Positions 1 to 13,076 of a DNA stretch of 64,000 bases are shown one piece after another. The number at the start of each line of letters is the position of its first letter. Position 1 is the stretch's first letter. Made by a program: the position numbers and the translations under genes. Source of the stretch: Squalus acanthias (Eukaryota); assembly GCA_030390025.1 (NCBI GenBank), contig CM059432.1, positions 95,730,001 through 95,794,000 of the forward strand, in the 5' to 3' direction. The notes beneath the pieces were generated by a model. The model did no database searches. It was not told where the DNA came from and saw only the letters and a list, made by a program, of their open reading frames with translations.

Positions 1-59
1 CATTTCTTATTAGCACAGCATCCATTTAGCGCCTGTTTTCACCCTTTGGCCAAATAACT

Positions 60-560
60 CCCTTATTCTTTTTGACAATTAATCAATTCAGCCTCAACTG
101 CTATTGCTGAGAGTCTGTTCCACAGAGCCACAGCACTTTTTAGATGGAAGAAAAAGCTTTTCTAATTTCTCATCTCACATGAGGCTTGTTTATTTTCAGC
201 CTATGTTCTCCGTTTAAGTTTAAACACTTAATTATATCCACATCATCTGGGCTTCTGTGCATTTAAACTTACATCATGCCTTCCTTCTAACTTTTCTCAA
301 TGAAAACAAATTTAGATCTGCAAGTTTCCGCTTTAAACTTGGATATGTAAGTCCAGAATCATCCACGAGTTTCAGTGGACTGAAGATCCCTTTCTCATCC
401 TTGAGTTGTCTCTTTTCTGACCCCCTCCAATGCATCAATGTTCTTTTGAAGGTAGTACATGCAAAATTGCACACATTATTCCAAACGTAGCAAAGCCTGT
501 GATTTAAGCAAGCTTGCCTATCTTTACAATTCCAATGCCTCAGTTAAAATGGGACCATTT
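60..560 (-). mobile_element. Old CR1-type LINE, 3' fragment
   Basis: Degenerate RLExCVQF and GLTY...LADLNLFSL C-terminal ORF2 motifs. Confidence 0.6.
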
Positions 561-569
561 TATAATGTA

Positions 570-1185
570 AAACATAAAGCAAAATACTGCAGATGCTGGA
601 AATCTGAAATAAAAACAAAAAATGCTTGAAACACTCAGCAGGTTTGGCAACATCTGTGGAGAGAGGAAGGTTGGGTTAATGTTTCAGGTCGATGACCAGG
701 AGATGTTACAGGTGAACTGCCTCTAAGGAGGAACAGAGCCGGGGAAAATGGGTTGGGGAGGAAAAAAAAGGAATGGTCTGTGATTAGGTGGAGCACAGGA
801 GATGACTAAATGACAAGTGATAGTGGTGTAACAAAAGGAGGCAATAATGCGAGAAATTAGAGACATAAAAGATGCATCAAAGACTCAGAGGATGTGTAAA
901 TGAATAGCAGAAGGGAAGTCATGGTTCTGATAGGGAGGAGAAGGGGTGAGGGCAGAACTGGGGGAAATGGGACAGATACTGTCGAGGGCCCTGTCTACCA
1001 TGATGGAGAAAAATTCTCAGCTGAGGAAAAAGGGCATTTCGGAAGCTCTAGTATGGAAGGTGGCATCGTCTGAGCAGATACGATGGCGGCTGAGAAGCTG
1101 GGAGAAGGGAATGGAGTCCTTACATAAAGCAGGGTGGGAAGAACTATAATTGAGGTGGCTATGGGAGTTGGTGGGCTTATGTTAC
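570..1185 (-). mobile_element. Penelope-like element remnant
   Basis: The minus strand encodes CKDSIPFSQL..RICSDDATFH (PLE RT thumb). Its terminal segment is shared with the copies at 18010 and 32768. Confidence 0.75.
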
Positions 1186-1749
1186 AGAAATACGTTCCTC
1201 CAAGTCCTTCATAAATAGTGTGAACAGTAGAGGACTAAGGAAAGACCCGTATGGGACTTTGCTCTTACCTTCTAGATTATTTGCCTGAAATCCAATTAAT
1301 TTGTAAGGAATGGCCTCTTCTCTTGTATCCATGCTCACTATGACTCCTATATTCTTTAGATAAGCATGGATAGCATCCTATATAATTCTTCTGACCATTT
1401 TCTCCACTACAGATGTTAGACTAACTGTCTAGCAGGCTCACTCTCATTTTGAATAATGGAATAACATTCCCATCTTCACTTGCAGCTTCAATGTTAGGCG
1501 TTCCTTCATATATTTACCAGAGTTTTGACAGTTTTCTCCCTCATTTCCTTGAAGGTGTTGCTTGTATCACATCTGGCCCAAGTCCCATGTGGACATTTAG
1601 CTCATCCTAACTCGTGTTTTATTGATAATTATTTGTGTTATAGTTTCCTGAGCCAAAATGGCTGGATCTGGAATGTGACCACAATTTTCTTTTTTCATTT
1701 TTCTTACTGATTTTTTTTCCCATCCTTTGCAAAAACCTTTGACTTCACA

Positions 1750-2050
1750 GCTGCTCAGGCCCCTCTGGTACCTGGACTAAGTGATCATTATTCATCTGTG
1801 AGCCTCGAGAGTATGTGGCAGCAGACTGATGGACATCAAAGCCAAAACTGTTCCTGAACCACATCCATACATGTGTGCACGCAGGCCTACGCACACAGCA
1901 GGGATTGTTGAAGAATGATCCTGGGTGATTTTTGTGTTCCAGGGTTACTGACACCACTTGTAGCACCTCACTAGATATACTGAGGCCAATTTAGCGCCCT
2001 ACCGTTGGCCTGCGTAAGATCAGCTTACTCAGCACAGACTACATCTGGTA
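1750..2050 (-). mobile_element. Old SINE fragment, same family as 8365-8870
   Basis: Reverse-complement similarity to 8780-8870. Confidence 0.45.
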
Positions 2051-2281
2051 GATATTTTTATGAGGTCTGAAATTAAAAACAAAAAATGCTGGAGATACTC
2101 AGCAGGTCAGGCAGCATCTGTGGAGGGAGAAACTTCCAGCCGCTTAACCTGCCGAGTGTTTCCAGCATTTTTTTCTGGAGCACTTTGCTTTAGATACTCT
2201 CCTGATCTGTATGGCTCAGTCACTCACTTGATAAACTTACTGAACCATTGGGGGAACCCTAACCACCATTTTGAATCGTAA

Positions 2282-2621
2282 TGTCACGCTATAGAACGTG
2301 ACTTGACATCGTTGCCGGTCTTTCCAGTTTTTAAAAAAAAACACAAGAAACAAACACAAAAAATGGAGAGGATATGCAGCCAGCAGGTGTTCTGACGCGT
2401 TGGACCCCCTGGGACACATCTCATTGTCTTGGCTGTGCTCTTAGTGTGTCTTTGATGTAGGGAAAGATTTAATCTATGCATTTTCTCTGTGTTTTTATAT
2501 TCTGTGAATTCTGATAGATTCTCTCACAGTAACTTTGCCTGACGAAGGGGCGACAGCTCCGAAAGCTTGTAATTTTAAATAAATCTGTTGGACTATAACC
2601 TGGTGTTGTGCGACTTCTCAT
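2282..2621 (+). mobile_element. Short non-coding Penelope-derived retroelement with a hammerhead and 13-bp TSD
   Basis: TSD ttttgaatcgtaa at 2269-2281 and 2622-2634. Homologous to 59066-59368 in inverted orientation. Confidence 0.75.
2535..2572 (+). ncRNA. Minimal type I hammerhead ribozyme (Penelope type)
   Basis: ttgc-CTGACGA-a-ggggc(gaca)gctcc-GAA-AGCT-T-gtaa. It has the core motifs, stem I, stem II and a palindromic stem III tetramer. Confidence 0.75.
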
Positions 2622-2954
2622 TTTTGAATCGTAAAGACAAGCACAATTCCAATGAATACATCAGCCCTTACTTGATTTTTATAATTTGTCTTCTGACCTT
2701 ACCCTTTAAGGAGCCTCTCTGGTCTTTAACCAGTCTATACTAGAAAATGGTTTTAAAATAATCCCCCTTCCTGTGATCTGCATCTGTATGTTGCCCTCTT
2801 ACCTTTTAGTAATTCCTTTGATTATCCTTGACTGATCTTTGTACACTTCTCAGTCCTAAGCACCTTTGTTTTGTTGTCTTTTAAAATATTTCTGTTTGGC
2901 CTTTTCATTTTGTTTTGACCTTCTTTCACCATCTTGATCGAGGTATTTTTCTGA

Positions 2955-3290
2955 TAGAGTTCAATGTGGGGAAGTGTGAGGTCATCCATTTTGGACCTAA
3001 GAAAGATAGATCAGAGTATTTTCTAAATGGTGAGAAGCTAGCAATTATGGAAGAGCAGAGAGATTTAGGGTCCAAGTACAGAAATTACTAAATGCTAGTG
3101 GACAGGTACAAACAACAATTAAAAAGCCTAAAGGAATGTTGACCTTTATCTCAAAGGGGCCTCAAAAACAATGGGGTGGAAGTTATGTTACAGCTGTACA
3201 GAGCTCTGGTTAGACTTCATTCAGTTCTGAGCACTGCACCTCAGAAAGGAAGAACAAGCTTGAGGTGCTGAATGGCCTACTCCTGTTCTT
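2955..3290 (+). mobile_element. CR1 LINE fragment
   Basis: Encodes FNVGKCEVIHFG...QRDLGVQV...LYRALVR, followed by the CR1 3' stem-loop aatggcctactcctg. Confidence 0.8.
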
Positions 3291-3428
3291 AGGAATATTT
3301 TTCCCCAGATCCCTGAAACTGATTCTTTGTTTTTATATTCTAGTACTACATCTCACTTATTCTTCCCTAGGATACTTTTAGTAGGTCAAATTTGCTGTCC
3401 TATAGTTGAGCACGTTATTTTTGTCTGC

Positions 3429-6155
3429 TTCTTCTCTTAGGCAGTCCCTCGGAACCAAGGATGACTTGCTTCCACATTAAAAATGAGTTCTCAGGTGACT
3501 GATGAGTCCAATGCGGGACATACAGTCTCTGTCACAGGTGGGGCAGACGGTGGTTGAAGGGGCGGGTGGGTGGGGTGCTTGGATTGACGTGCGCTGCTTG
3601 CGCTTGGCTTCCGCTTGCTCCTAGCGAAGAGACTCGAGGTGTTCGGCGCCTTCCCGGATGCTTCTCCTCCACTTTGTGCGGTCTTGGGCCAGGGATTCCC
3701 AGGTGTCGGTGGGGATGTTGCACTTTTTCAAGGAGGCTTTGAGGGTGTCATTGAAGCGTTTGCTCTGCCCTCCTGGGGCTCTCTTGCCGTGTCGGAGCTC
3801 CGAGTAGAGCGCTTGTTTTGGGAGTCTCGCATCGGGCATACGGACGATGTGACCCGTCCATCGGAGCTGATCGAGCGTGGTCAAAGCCTGAGCGAGAACA
3901 CTGATGTTGGTGCGCCTATCCTGCCAATGGATTTGCAGGATCTTGTGGAGGCAGCGTTGGTGGTACCGCTCCAGTGCTTTGAGGTGCCTGCTGTACATGG
4001 TCCATGTCTCTAAGGCATACAGGAGGGCGGGTATCACTACTGCTCTGTAGACCATGAGCTTGGTGCCGGGTTTGAGGTCTGGTCTGCAAACACTCTTCCT
4101 CAGGTGACCGAAGGCTGCACTGGCACACTGAAGGCGGTGTTGGACTTAGTCATCGACATCTGCCCTTGTTGACAGTATGCTCCCGAGGTATGGAAAGTGG
4201 TCCACGTTGTCCAAGGTCTTGTCGTAGATTTTGATAATCGGGGGGCAGTACTGTGTGGCGGGGTCAGGTTGGTAGAGGACCTTTGTCTTATGGATGTTTA
4301 GTGTAAGGCCCATCCTCTCGTACACTTTGGTGAAGGTTTTGACGATGGTTTGGAGTTCGATCTCCGAGTGTGCGCAGACGCAAGCGTCGTCTGCATACTG
4401 TAATTCGACGACAGAGGATGGGACGACCTTGGATCTGGACTGGAGGCGACAGAGGTTGAACAGTTTCCAGTTTGTTCTGTAAATTAGCTCCACTCCAGCG
4501 GGGTGCTTACTGAGGGTGAGATGGAGCATTGCAGCAAGGAAGATCGAAAAGAGCATTGGTGCGATGACACAGCCTTGCTTGACCCCGGTCCGTACGTGAA
4601 TTGGGTCTGTGGTGGAACCATTCGTCAGGATCACGGCTTGCATGTTGTCGTGAAGCAGGCGGAGGATGGTGACAAACTTTTGAGGGCAGCCGAATTTGAG
4701 GAGGACACTCCATAATCCCTCACGGTTGATAGTGTCGAAGGCCTTTGTGAGGTCAAAGAAGGCCATGTACAGCGGTTGGTGCTGCTCCCTGCATTTCTCT
4801 TGTAATTGACGCGTGGTGAAGATCATATCCATTGTGCCCCTTAGTGGGCGGAATCCGCATTGCGACTCTGGGGGGAGTACTTCAGCCACTGGGAGAAGGC
4901 AATTGAGGAGTATTCTTGCGATGACTTTCCCTGTGGCAGACAGCAGGGAAACTCCTCTGTAATTACCACAATCGGACTTGTCACTTTTCTTGAAGATGGT
5001 CACAATTACGGCGTCTCTGAGATCCCCTGGCACGCTCTCTTCCTTCCAGATAAGAGAAATTAGTTCATTAATTCATGCCAGTAGTGCTTCTCCGCCATGC
5101 TTTAGTGCCTCAGCAGGGATTCCATCTGCTCCTGAGGCCTTGTTGTTCTTCAGTTGTCGGATGGCCTTTTCAACCTCATGCCGGGCTGGGGTTGTGCTGA
5201 GATGGTGGCGTGTAGCATGCTGCGGGATGGAGTTGAGGACACTCACGTCGAAGACAGAGTCTCGGTTAAGGAGATCTTCGAAGTGCTCCTTCCAGCGGGC
5301 ACTGACTGCCTCTCTGTCCTTGATGAGTACTTCTCCGTTCTTGGCCCACAGTGGGGTAGGACCTTGGGTGCTTGGGCCGTAGGTGGTCTTGACTGCGCTA
5401 AAGAATCCACGCATGTCGTGGTTGTCGGCGAGCTGCTGGATCTCCTGCGCTTTCTCCACCCACCATCTGTTCTTTAGGTCACGCGCTTTTTGTTGGAGCT
5501 TGGCCTTCAGGTGTCTGTAGAGCTGCTTTCTTGCTCTCGAGTTGTGTTGCTGTATCCAGCTCAGGAATGCCTTGCGCTTGCGACTTATTAGCTCCTGGAT
5601 CTCCAGGTCATTCTCGTCGAACCAGTCTTGGTGTTTCCTGGTCGAGTGACTGAGTGTTTCTTCACAGGTGCTGACTATGGAGGCCTTGAGTGCAGACCAG
5701 GCGCTGTGGACACTCTGTGTCTCTGCATCACTGGGAGTCGTAAGGTTGGTTGTGAGGCGCAGGCTGAATAGGGCTTTCTTTGTGGGGTCTTTGAGTGCTC
5801 CAGCGTTGATTTTCCTGCGGCATTTTTTCTGTTGCCGCCGCTGTTTTGGGGCTACATTGATGGAGATGACAGAGCGGATTAGGCGGTGGTCTGTCCAGCA
5901 GTCATCAGCTCCTGTCATGGCGCGGGTGATGCGGACGTCCTTGCGGTCCCTCCTTCGCTCGGACGATGATGTAGTCCAGCAGATGCCAGTGCTTGGAGCG
6001 AGGGTGCTGCCATGAAGCCTTGTACTTGTCTCTCTGACGGAACAAGGTGTTGGTTATGACAAGGTCATGTTCTAAGCATTTCGTCAGGAGGAGGATACCG
6101 TTGGAGTTGGCTTTCCCTACCCCCTCTCTGCCGATCACACCTCCCCAGAGGTCTG
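3429..6155 (-). mobile_element. RTE/BovB-like LINE, 5'-truncated and frameshifted
   Basis: Endonuclease C-terminus (LDYII, WTDHRL), RT (QYADD, GVKQG) and GAA-type tail. 38-bp TSD at 3391-3428 and 6156-6193 with 1 mismatch. Confidence 0.95.
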
Positions 6156-7720
6156 TTTGCTGTCCTATAGTTGAGCACCTTATTTTTGTCTGCAGCCTTT
6201 CATACAGTATCAAACCTTGCTATACATTGATGATCAGAGCCCTAGTGTTCACCCAGTTTCAACTCATTAATCATTTTACAAGATCACAATCATTTTGGAT
6301 GAAGAAGTCCCTTCAACCACCATTGATCTTATCGCTCCAGAATACCAACCCTACCAGCTCCCCATTACTGCATCTTGCTGTTTCCTAAAAGGGTCCAGTG
6401 TCCTGCCATACCTGCCAACCTGCTGTTGTCATTGATCACCCTCTGTTAAGAAATACTTCTTCGTATCTGTCCAAAATTCACCTCACAGTCTTGAATCTGT
6501 GCGCTCCTGTCCTGCTCACCTGGTGAACCTAAAAATATTGCTTCAGGCTTCCTACTCTATAAATGCAATTATTTCTCTTTATTATGTTAAGAGCTAATTA
6601 TCTCTATAAAACCCCCTCTGGGAATCATTGTCAACTATTTTTGTTTCCATAATGCCAAAAAACTGTTTCACTTAAACTAACTGAATTTTCCAGAGTATTA
6701 CCATGCTTTGTTGTGGGTTTGGTGTGATTGCAACCATTAGTGTACTTTCTTACTTTGAGGGCACACTGAGCCAGTCAATCAGCGACATTTGATTTTGAAT
6801 GCACATACTACCTGCAGCCTCACGAGTCCAATTTGAGCATCTCTCTGGCGTAGTAACACACTGCTTAAAATCATAACCTCTGGAAGAGAATTTTGTGTTG
6901 CACCAGTTTTGCTCGAACACTGCGCTTTTGGTGTCTGTGTTGTCTTGAGTGCCAACATTATACTATAAGCACAGTATTATATCAGAAGATGCACAGAGGT
7001 GGGGTGGGGGGGAAGTATCTTCCTGTTATATAAATGTAAAGTCTTGCCAATTAAGAGCTCCCTTATCAGTTCTTTCCAGTCATTAAAAATCCTAGGCAGT
7101 TGGGGACCAGTAAACAGGATTTCATGCATGTATTTGATTGTGTGAGAGAAGAGCACTCCTTTCCCCATGCAAGCAAACAGTGAAAACAGCTTCCTGCTTA
7201 TAGTTTTGGAGTATAAAAATGCCAATAATGTTCTTTTTCTTCCTCCTTTTTCACTATTTCCATAGCCCTCCTGGCTGCCATCCTGTACTGATACTCAAAT
7301 CTTTCTTTCTTACGCAATGTTATTTGAAAGTGGAGCTGTCCCAGCATTCAGAACACAGATGAAAGGGCTCCATTAAAAATAAACTGTCTTATAGTTTTAA
7401 TAAACTCATTTACTTGTGCTATAGATGCTGGGATAACCCCACCTCCAAGTAACATTATTTCGCCAAAGAGCAAGTGAAATGGGGAGGGGGTGGGGGTGGT
7501 GCTGGAAAGAGTCTAGCTGAACCAAATATTATCGGCACAAGAGGATTTTTAATAAATTAATCAAGCAGGCGCAACAATGCAAGGCACTTACTAGCTATGG
7601 TGAAATCCACTCCATTTCCATGAGTATGTATCTATTTTGAAAATCTAATTTTTGCCCATCACAATTGCTATTTTCCTTTTTCATAGAGAGCTAACATTGC
7701 ACCGCCTAGTGGTATTTTAA

Positions 7721-7903
<183 letters not shown>

Positions 7904-8364
7904 TAGTCATCTGAGTAAGAGACAACTGCAAAAAAAGGTCTACGCTGAAGAATGTGTTTTAAACTCCTTTTTGCTTCAAATCTTATAGTATGAGAGACTC
8001 TTACCTGATCTGTTTTTTATACCAGTTTGTCAGCTCTAATCTTTTTTTCTATGATTGTTATTTAAATTATGATTGCTTTTCATCTGTATATTAGGTGGAA
8101 GCTTTGGCATTTGCACACCCGGCATAAGGTATGGTGCTATTTGTTGCACTGGGTAATTATGCAGTTAGATATGTGTAAACCATTATATAATTGTCTGTAA
8201 ATATAACTTGAATTTTTGGATGTATGTTATTGATCATTCCTAAAACCTGTAATAATAAATAGCACATCAACATAGACTAATAAAGAAAACAAAACTGTGC
8301 TTTTCAACACCAGCTTGTTCATAAAATAATCTTTATTGCAAAGATCAAAATATGCAAGTCCCAT

Positions 8365-8875
8365 AATGGCTCAGTTAGTTAGTGTACTGACCAGTATACA
8401 ACTGATCCATGGAGAGCAGTACAGGCCCTGATTCAATCCTTGGTCTGTCCTGAGTTGGCCATTAGCAGCCATGGTTGTGGTTGGAGCACTCCAATTGGCT
8501 TAAAGCCTCCCGTTCAACTCATGGCTAGACAGAGGACAAAAGCAGCCTGGTTCATGCTCCTGATTACTACTCGGTGCCTCTTGCTGGAAAGTACACATTT
8601 ATGGAAGTCTGATAGAAGAAAGAAAGAAAAGAAAGACTTGGATTTATATAGCGCCTTTCACAACCACTGAATGTCTCAAAGCACTTTACAGCCAATGAAG
8701 TACTTTTTGAAGTGTAGTCACTGTTGTAATGTAGGAAAGACAGGCTTGGCCCAGCTGTGATGAATATCCTGCCAGCTTTCACTGTCCAAGACTCGCACAT
8801 GAAAAATAGCCACTTCGACAAGATACCAGAGGATGGCTGGCATCTTTGGAACCATATCCCAGCAGGTCAGTATGG
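8365..8875 (+). mobile_element. tRNA-derived SINE interrupted by a reverse Deu-SINE tail (~8610-8740)
   Basis: A-box tggctcagttag and B-box-like gattcaatcc. The inserted segment matches 40205-40310. Confidence 0.55.
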
Positions 8876-9034
8876 TCATGAGCAGAGGGCTTAAAAAGAA
8901 AGCAAAATAATTGTAGGAAAAGGGAGTTGGTGGTATTCAGACAATAATAAATAAACAGGAATAACTTATGGAAGGTGTTAGAATTCTTCAAGCTAATTTC
9001 CAATTCTCAATTTGGGATTTGAGCTCAAACTAAG

Positions 9035-9375
9035 CAGACACTTCAGTACAGTACTGAGGGAGCGCAACATTGTTGGAGGTGCCATCTTTCAGATGAGGCA
9101 TTACATTGGGGCCCTCTATACCTGTTCTAGTAGTTCAGGTGGATGTTAAAGGTTCCATGGCACTATTTGAAGAAAAGCACATACCCATTCTTCTCTCAAC
9201 CAACATACCAAAAACAGATTAACTGCCATTCACCTCATTGCTCTTTGTTGGATCTTGCTGTGTGCAGAATGGTTGCTACATTAACCAACAACAACATTAA
9301 TTACACTTCAAAGTAATTCACTGTATGTGAAGCATATGAGACATGATGAAGTGATATATAAATGAAAGTACTTCT
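9035..9375 (+). mobile_element. Deu-domain SINE (SacSINE1-like), degenerate
   Basis: cagtactgagggag...ccatggcactatttgaagaa core, matching the reverse complement of 40205-40650. Confidence 0.75.
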
Positions 9376-10909
9376 ACTCTTCATACTCCACATAAAAGTC
9401 AGCTTCCACAGACAAACCTGCAGTTCCCATGAGCAGAAAGCTGACTTATAGGAAAATATCTAAGATAGTATTGCCATAGGGTGAACAATAAATACTTCTA
9501 CCTTAGATATGCACTGGGAATGATACATTGCATGTGACGTATGTTACAGCTCTCCACAAACTGGGAGACACTTGCTGCCATAGCATATAGCTCTGGCTTA
9601 AACCTACGGATGCTTGTTTATTAAATACAATTATATAGAAGCAAGAATGAGTCAGCAAATAATTATAACACTGTACTTAACTTTATGCCATCAATAAAAG
9701 TACCAATATTTTAGCAGTTTATTTTAGCTTTTGAACGAAACTGTGATGAAAAATATTGAGAACTAAGGGAGTCCCAATAAGCCTTGGCTCATATAGAAAC
9801 ACAACAGGTTATATGTATCACTGACTTGATGTCCAAGCTAGTATCAAGAAAGATTTAAAAAAGTTATGCTTCCCAATGAATGAAAACTGACCCACTTTGG
9901 TCCCCCACTCTAGGAAGTAATTCAGAGACAAAAGGGGCAAGTGTAAGCAACTTCAACTAACATTGAGCCTCTCAAAACAAGATCTGACTTAATTAGATTC
10001 AGGCCCAATGCTGTTTGGTTTCTGAGTTATAATAGACAAATAAAATCACTTTTTAGCAATACAGGTGATTTAAATTTATCCCTACAATACTCCCATTACA
10101 TTTTGCCTGCTGGATTTGAAGCTTAGACAAAGGGACTCTTAATTGTAGCTTTTTTTAAATCCAGCTGCCTACCTTAGACCTAGTTGCAAATTTCTATAGA
10201 AATAGGTATAATTTAAAACCAGATCGATCATTTTCCATCATTGAAGGGTTTACAGTATCTCATAAGCCACAATAAGAAATTTGTAGCTCTCATCTAAATC
10301 CATCGATATTGCAGCCTTGAAATTTAATCTAATTTTGTATAAAGTGCTAGTCAATCTCTTGTGATGTTGTACATGGGAAGCTGAGACCAACAACGGTCTG
10401 CAGGTCAAGCAGGATTAGAGGGCAGGGGAATAATTGGACCAAGGTGGAACAGGGAGGAAGGGAGTGGAAGGTGGGGAGGGGCAGGGGGTGTAATGTGATG
10501 TAAGAAACTACATCAGTGGATCAGAGCAAGAAAACCAACTTATTGGAGAGAGGAGAAAACAAAGTACTGGGGAGTGGGTGGTGAAAGGTCCTGGATATAG
10601 GTTTAGTTGGGGGGGGGGGGAGTGTGATATACTCTTGGAGGAGGGGAAGAACAAGGAAACTACTGTTTCTCATCAACCACGTACCGCCCCTGCCCCACCC
10701 CCACCAAAACTTACCAGGCATTGAGGCAAGCAAACCAATTCATTATGGAAGGAATGCAAGGTCTGGGAACTCCCTCAGTGACCGAGGGGTGGGGGGGGGA
10801 AGGTAACAGTCAACACCCTCAATGGGAGTAAACATGATGAGGAATAACCACAGTGTAACAGGGGTGGGGCTGAACCAGGAAACCAGCTCTGCCAGGGGAA
10901 AGGGGCAAG

Positions 10910-11295
10910 AGTGTCAGCTATGGCTTCCTGGTAGCACTCTCGCCTCAGTCTGAAGACTGTGGGTCCAAGTCTCACTCCAGAGCCTTGAGCACCTAATCGA
11001 GGCTGATAAGTTAGTACTGCATTGTTGGAATCTTTTGAATAAGACATTGAAGTAAGGCTCCAGCTTTCCTTTCAGGTAGACATATAAGATCCCATGGCAC
11101 TATTCGAAGAAGAGCAGGGGATTTCTCCTGGAATCCTGGCCAACATTTATCCCTTAACCAGTGCCACCAAAAAACAATTGTCTGGGCATTTATCTCATTG
11201 CTGTTTGTGAGAACTTGCTGTACACTAATTGGATGCTATGTTTTCCTACATTGCTGATTACACTTCAAAAGTATTTAATTGGCTGTGAAGCACTC
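10910..11295 (+). mobile_element. Deu-domain SINE (SacSINE1-like)
   Basis: tRNA-like head ggtagcactctcgcc...gggtccaagtc, plus the core gatcccatggcactattcgaagaagagcagggg. Confidence 0.8.
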
Positions 11296-11359
11296 AGTGG
11301 AGGAGACTGTGATGGCCCCAAGTTTCTAAGTATTCAGACCTCAAAATTTGGCTCCTTTT

Positions 11360-11690
11360 GAGGAATTATAAAATCATCGAAGTTTATGGCACAGAAGGAG
11401 GCCATTCGGTCCATCGTGTCTGTTCCGGCCAAAAAAGAGCTATCCAGTCTAATCCCACTTTCCAGCTCTTGGTCCATAGCCTTGCAGGTTATGACACTTC
11501 AAGTGCATATCCAAGTGCTTTTTAAATGTGATGAGGGTTTCTGCCTCTACCACCCTTTCAGGCAATGAGTTCCAGACCCCCACCACCCTGTGGGTGAAAA
11601 AATTTCTCCTCAACTCCCCTCTAATGCTTCTACCAATTACTTTAAATCTATGCCCCCCTGGTTATTGACCTCTCTGCTAGGAGAAATAGG
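11360..11690 (-). mobile_element. CR1 LINE 3' end
   Basis: FFTHRVVGVWNSL motif and CR1 3' UTR stem-loop. Confidence 0.8.
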
Positions 11691-12068
11691 GTCATAAAAA
11701 TTGGAGCAGGAGTAGGCCATTTGGCCCCTCGAGCTTGCTCCACCATTCAATAAGATCATAGCTGATCTTCTACCTCAACTCCACTTTCCTGCACTATCCC
11801 TTGATTCCCTTAATATCCAAAAATCTATCGATCTCTGTCTTGAATAAACTCAACGACTGAGCCTCCACAGCCCTCTGGGGTAGAGAATTCCAAAGATTCA
11901 CCACCCTCTGAGTGAAGAAATTTCTCCTCATCTCAGTCCTAAATGGCCGACCCCTTATTCTGAGACTGTGACCCCTGGTTCTAGACTCCCCAGCCAGGGG
12001 AAACATGCTCCCTGCATCTACCCTATCAAGCCCTGTAAGAATTTTGTATGTTTCAATAAGATTACCTC

Positions 12069-12530
12069 GACACCATACAGGACAAAGCAGCCCGCTTGAT
12101 TGGCACCCCATCTACCACCTTAAACATTCACTCCCTCCACCACCAGCGTACCGTGGCTGCAGTGTGTACCATCTACAAGATGAACTGCAGCAACTCGGCA
12201 AAGCTTCTTCGGTAGCACCTCCCAAACCCGTGATCTCTTCCACCTAGAAGGACAAGGGCAGCAGGTGCATGAGAACACCACCACCTCCAAGTTCCCCTCC
12301 AAGTCACACACCATCCTGACTTGGAAGTATATCGCCGATCCTTCATTGTCGCTGGGTCAAAATCCTGGAACTCCCTCCCTAACAGCACTGCAAGTACCTT
12401 CACCACACGGACTACAGCGGTTCAAGAAGGCGGCTCATCACTACCTTCTCATGGGCAATTAGGGATGGGCAATAAATGATGGCCTTGCCAGCGACGCCCA
12501 CATCCCATAAAAAACGAATTTAAAAAAAAA
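12069..12530 (+). mobile_element. Second CR1-group LINE family, 3' end, nested in CR1
   Basis: DTIQDKAARLIG...AVCTIYKM motif and A-rich tail. Same family as 23205-27065 and 53720-54386. Confidence 0.85.
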
Positions 12531-13076
12531 TTCTTCTAAACTCCAGAGAATATAGGCCTAGTCTACTCAATCTTTCCTCATAGGACAATCCCCCCATCCC
12601 AGGAATCAGTCTGGTGAACCTTCATTGCACTGCCTCTATGGCAAGTATATCCTTCCTTAGGTAAGGAGACCAAAACTGTACACAATACTCCAGGTGTGGT
12701 CTCACCAGGGCCCTATATAATTGCAGTAAGACGTCTTTACTCTTATACTCAAATCCTCTTGTAATAAAGGCCAACATACCATTTGCTTTCCTAATTGCTT
12801 GCTGTACCTGCATGTTAACTTTCAGTGATTCATGTACAAGGACACCCAGGTCCCTCTGAACACCAACATTTCCCAATCTCTCACCATTTAAAAAATACTC
12901 TGCTTTTCCATTTTTCCTACCAAAATGGATAACTTCACAATTCTCCACATTATATTCCATTTGCCATGTTCTTGCCCATTCACTTAGCTTGTCTATATCC
13001 CCTGAAGCCTCTTTGCATCCTCCTCACAACTTACATTCCTACCCAGCTTTGTATCATCAGCAAACTTGGATATATT

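Noticed and set aside
8740..8870. Exon-like open frame ending GCAG|gtcagt (FTVQDSHMKNSHFDKIPEDGW...)
   Set aside because: It is the continuation of a SINE that also occurs in reverse near 1750-1830.
10420..10910. G-tract-rich region, possible G-quadruplexes
   Set aside because: It consists of low-complexity G runs with no other evidence of function.
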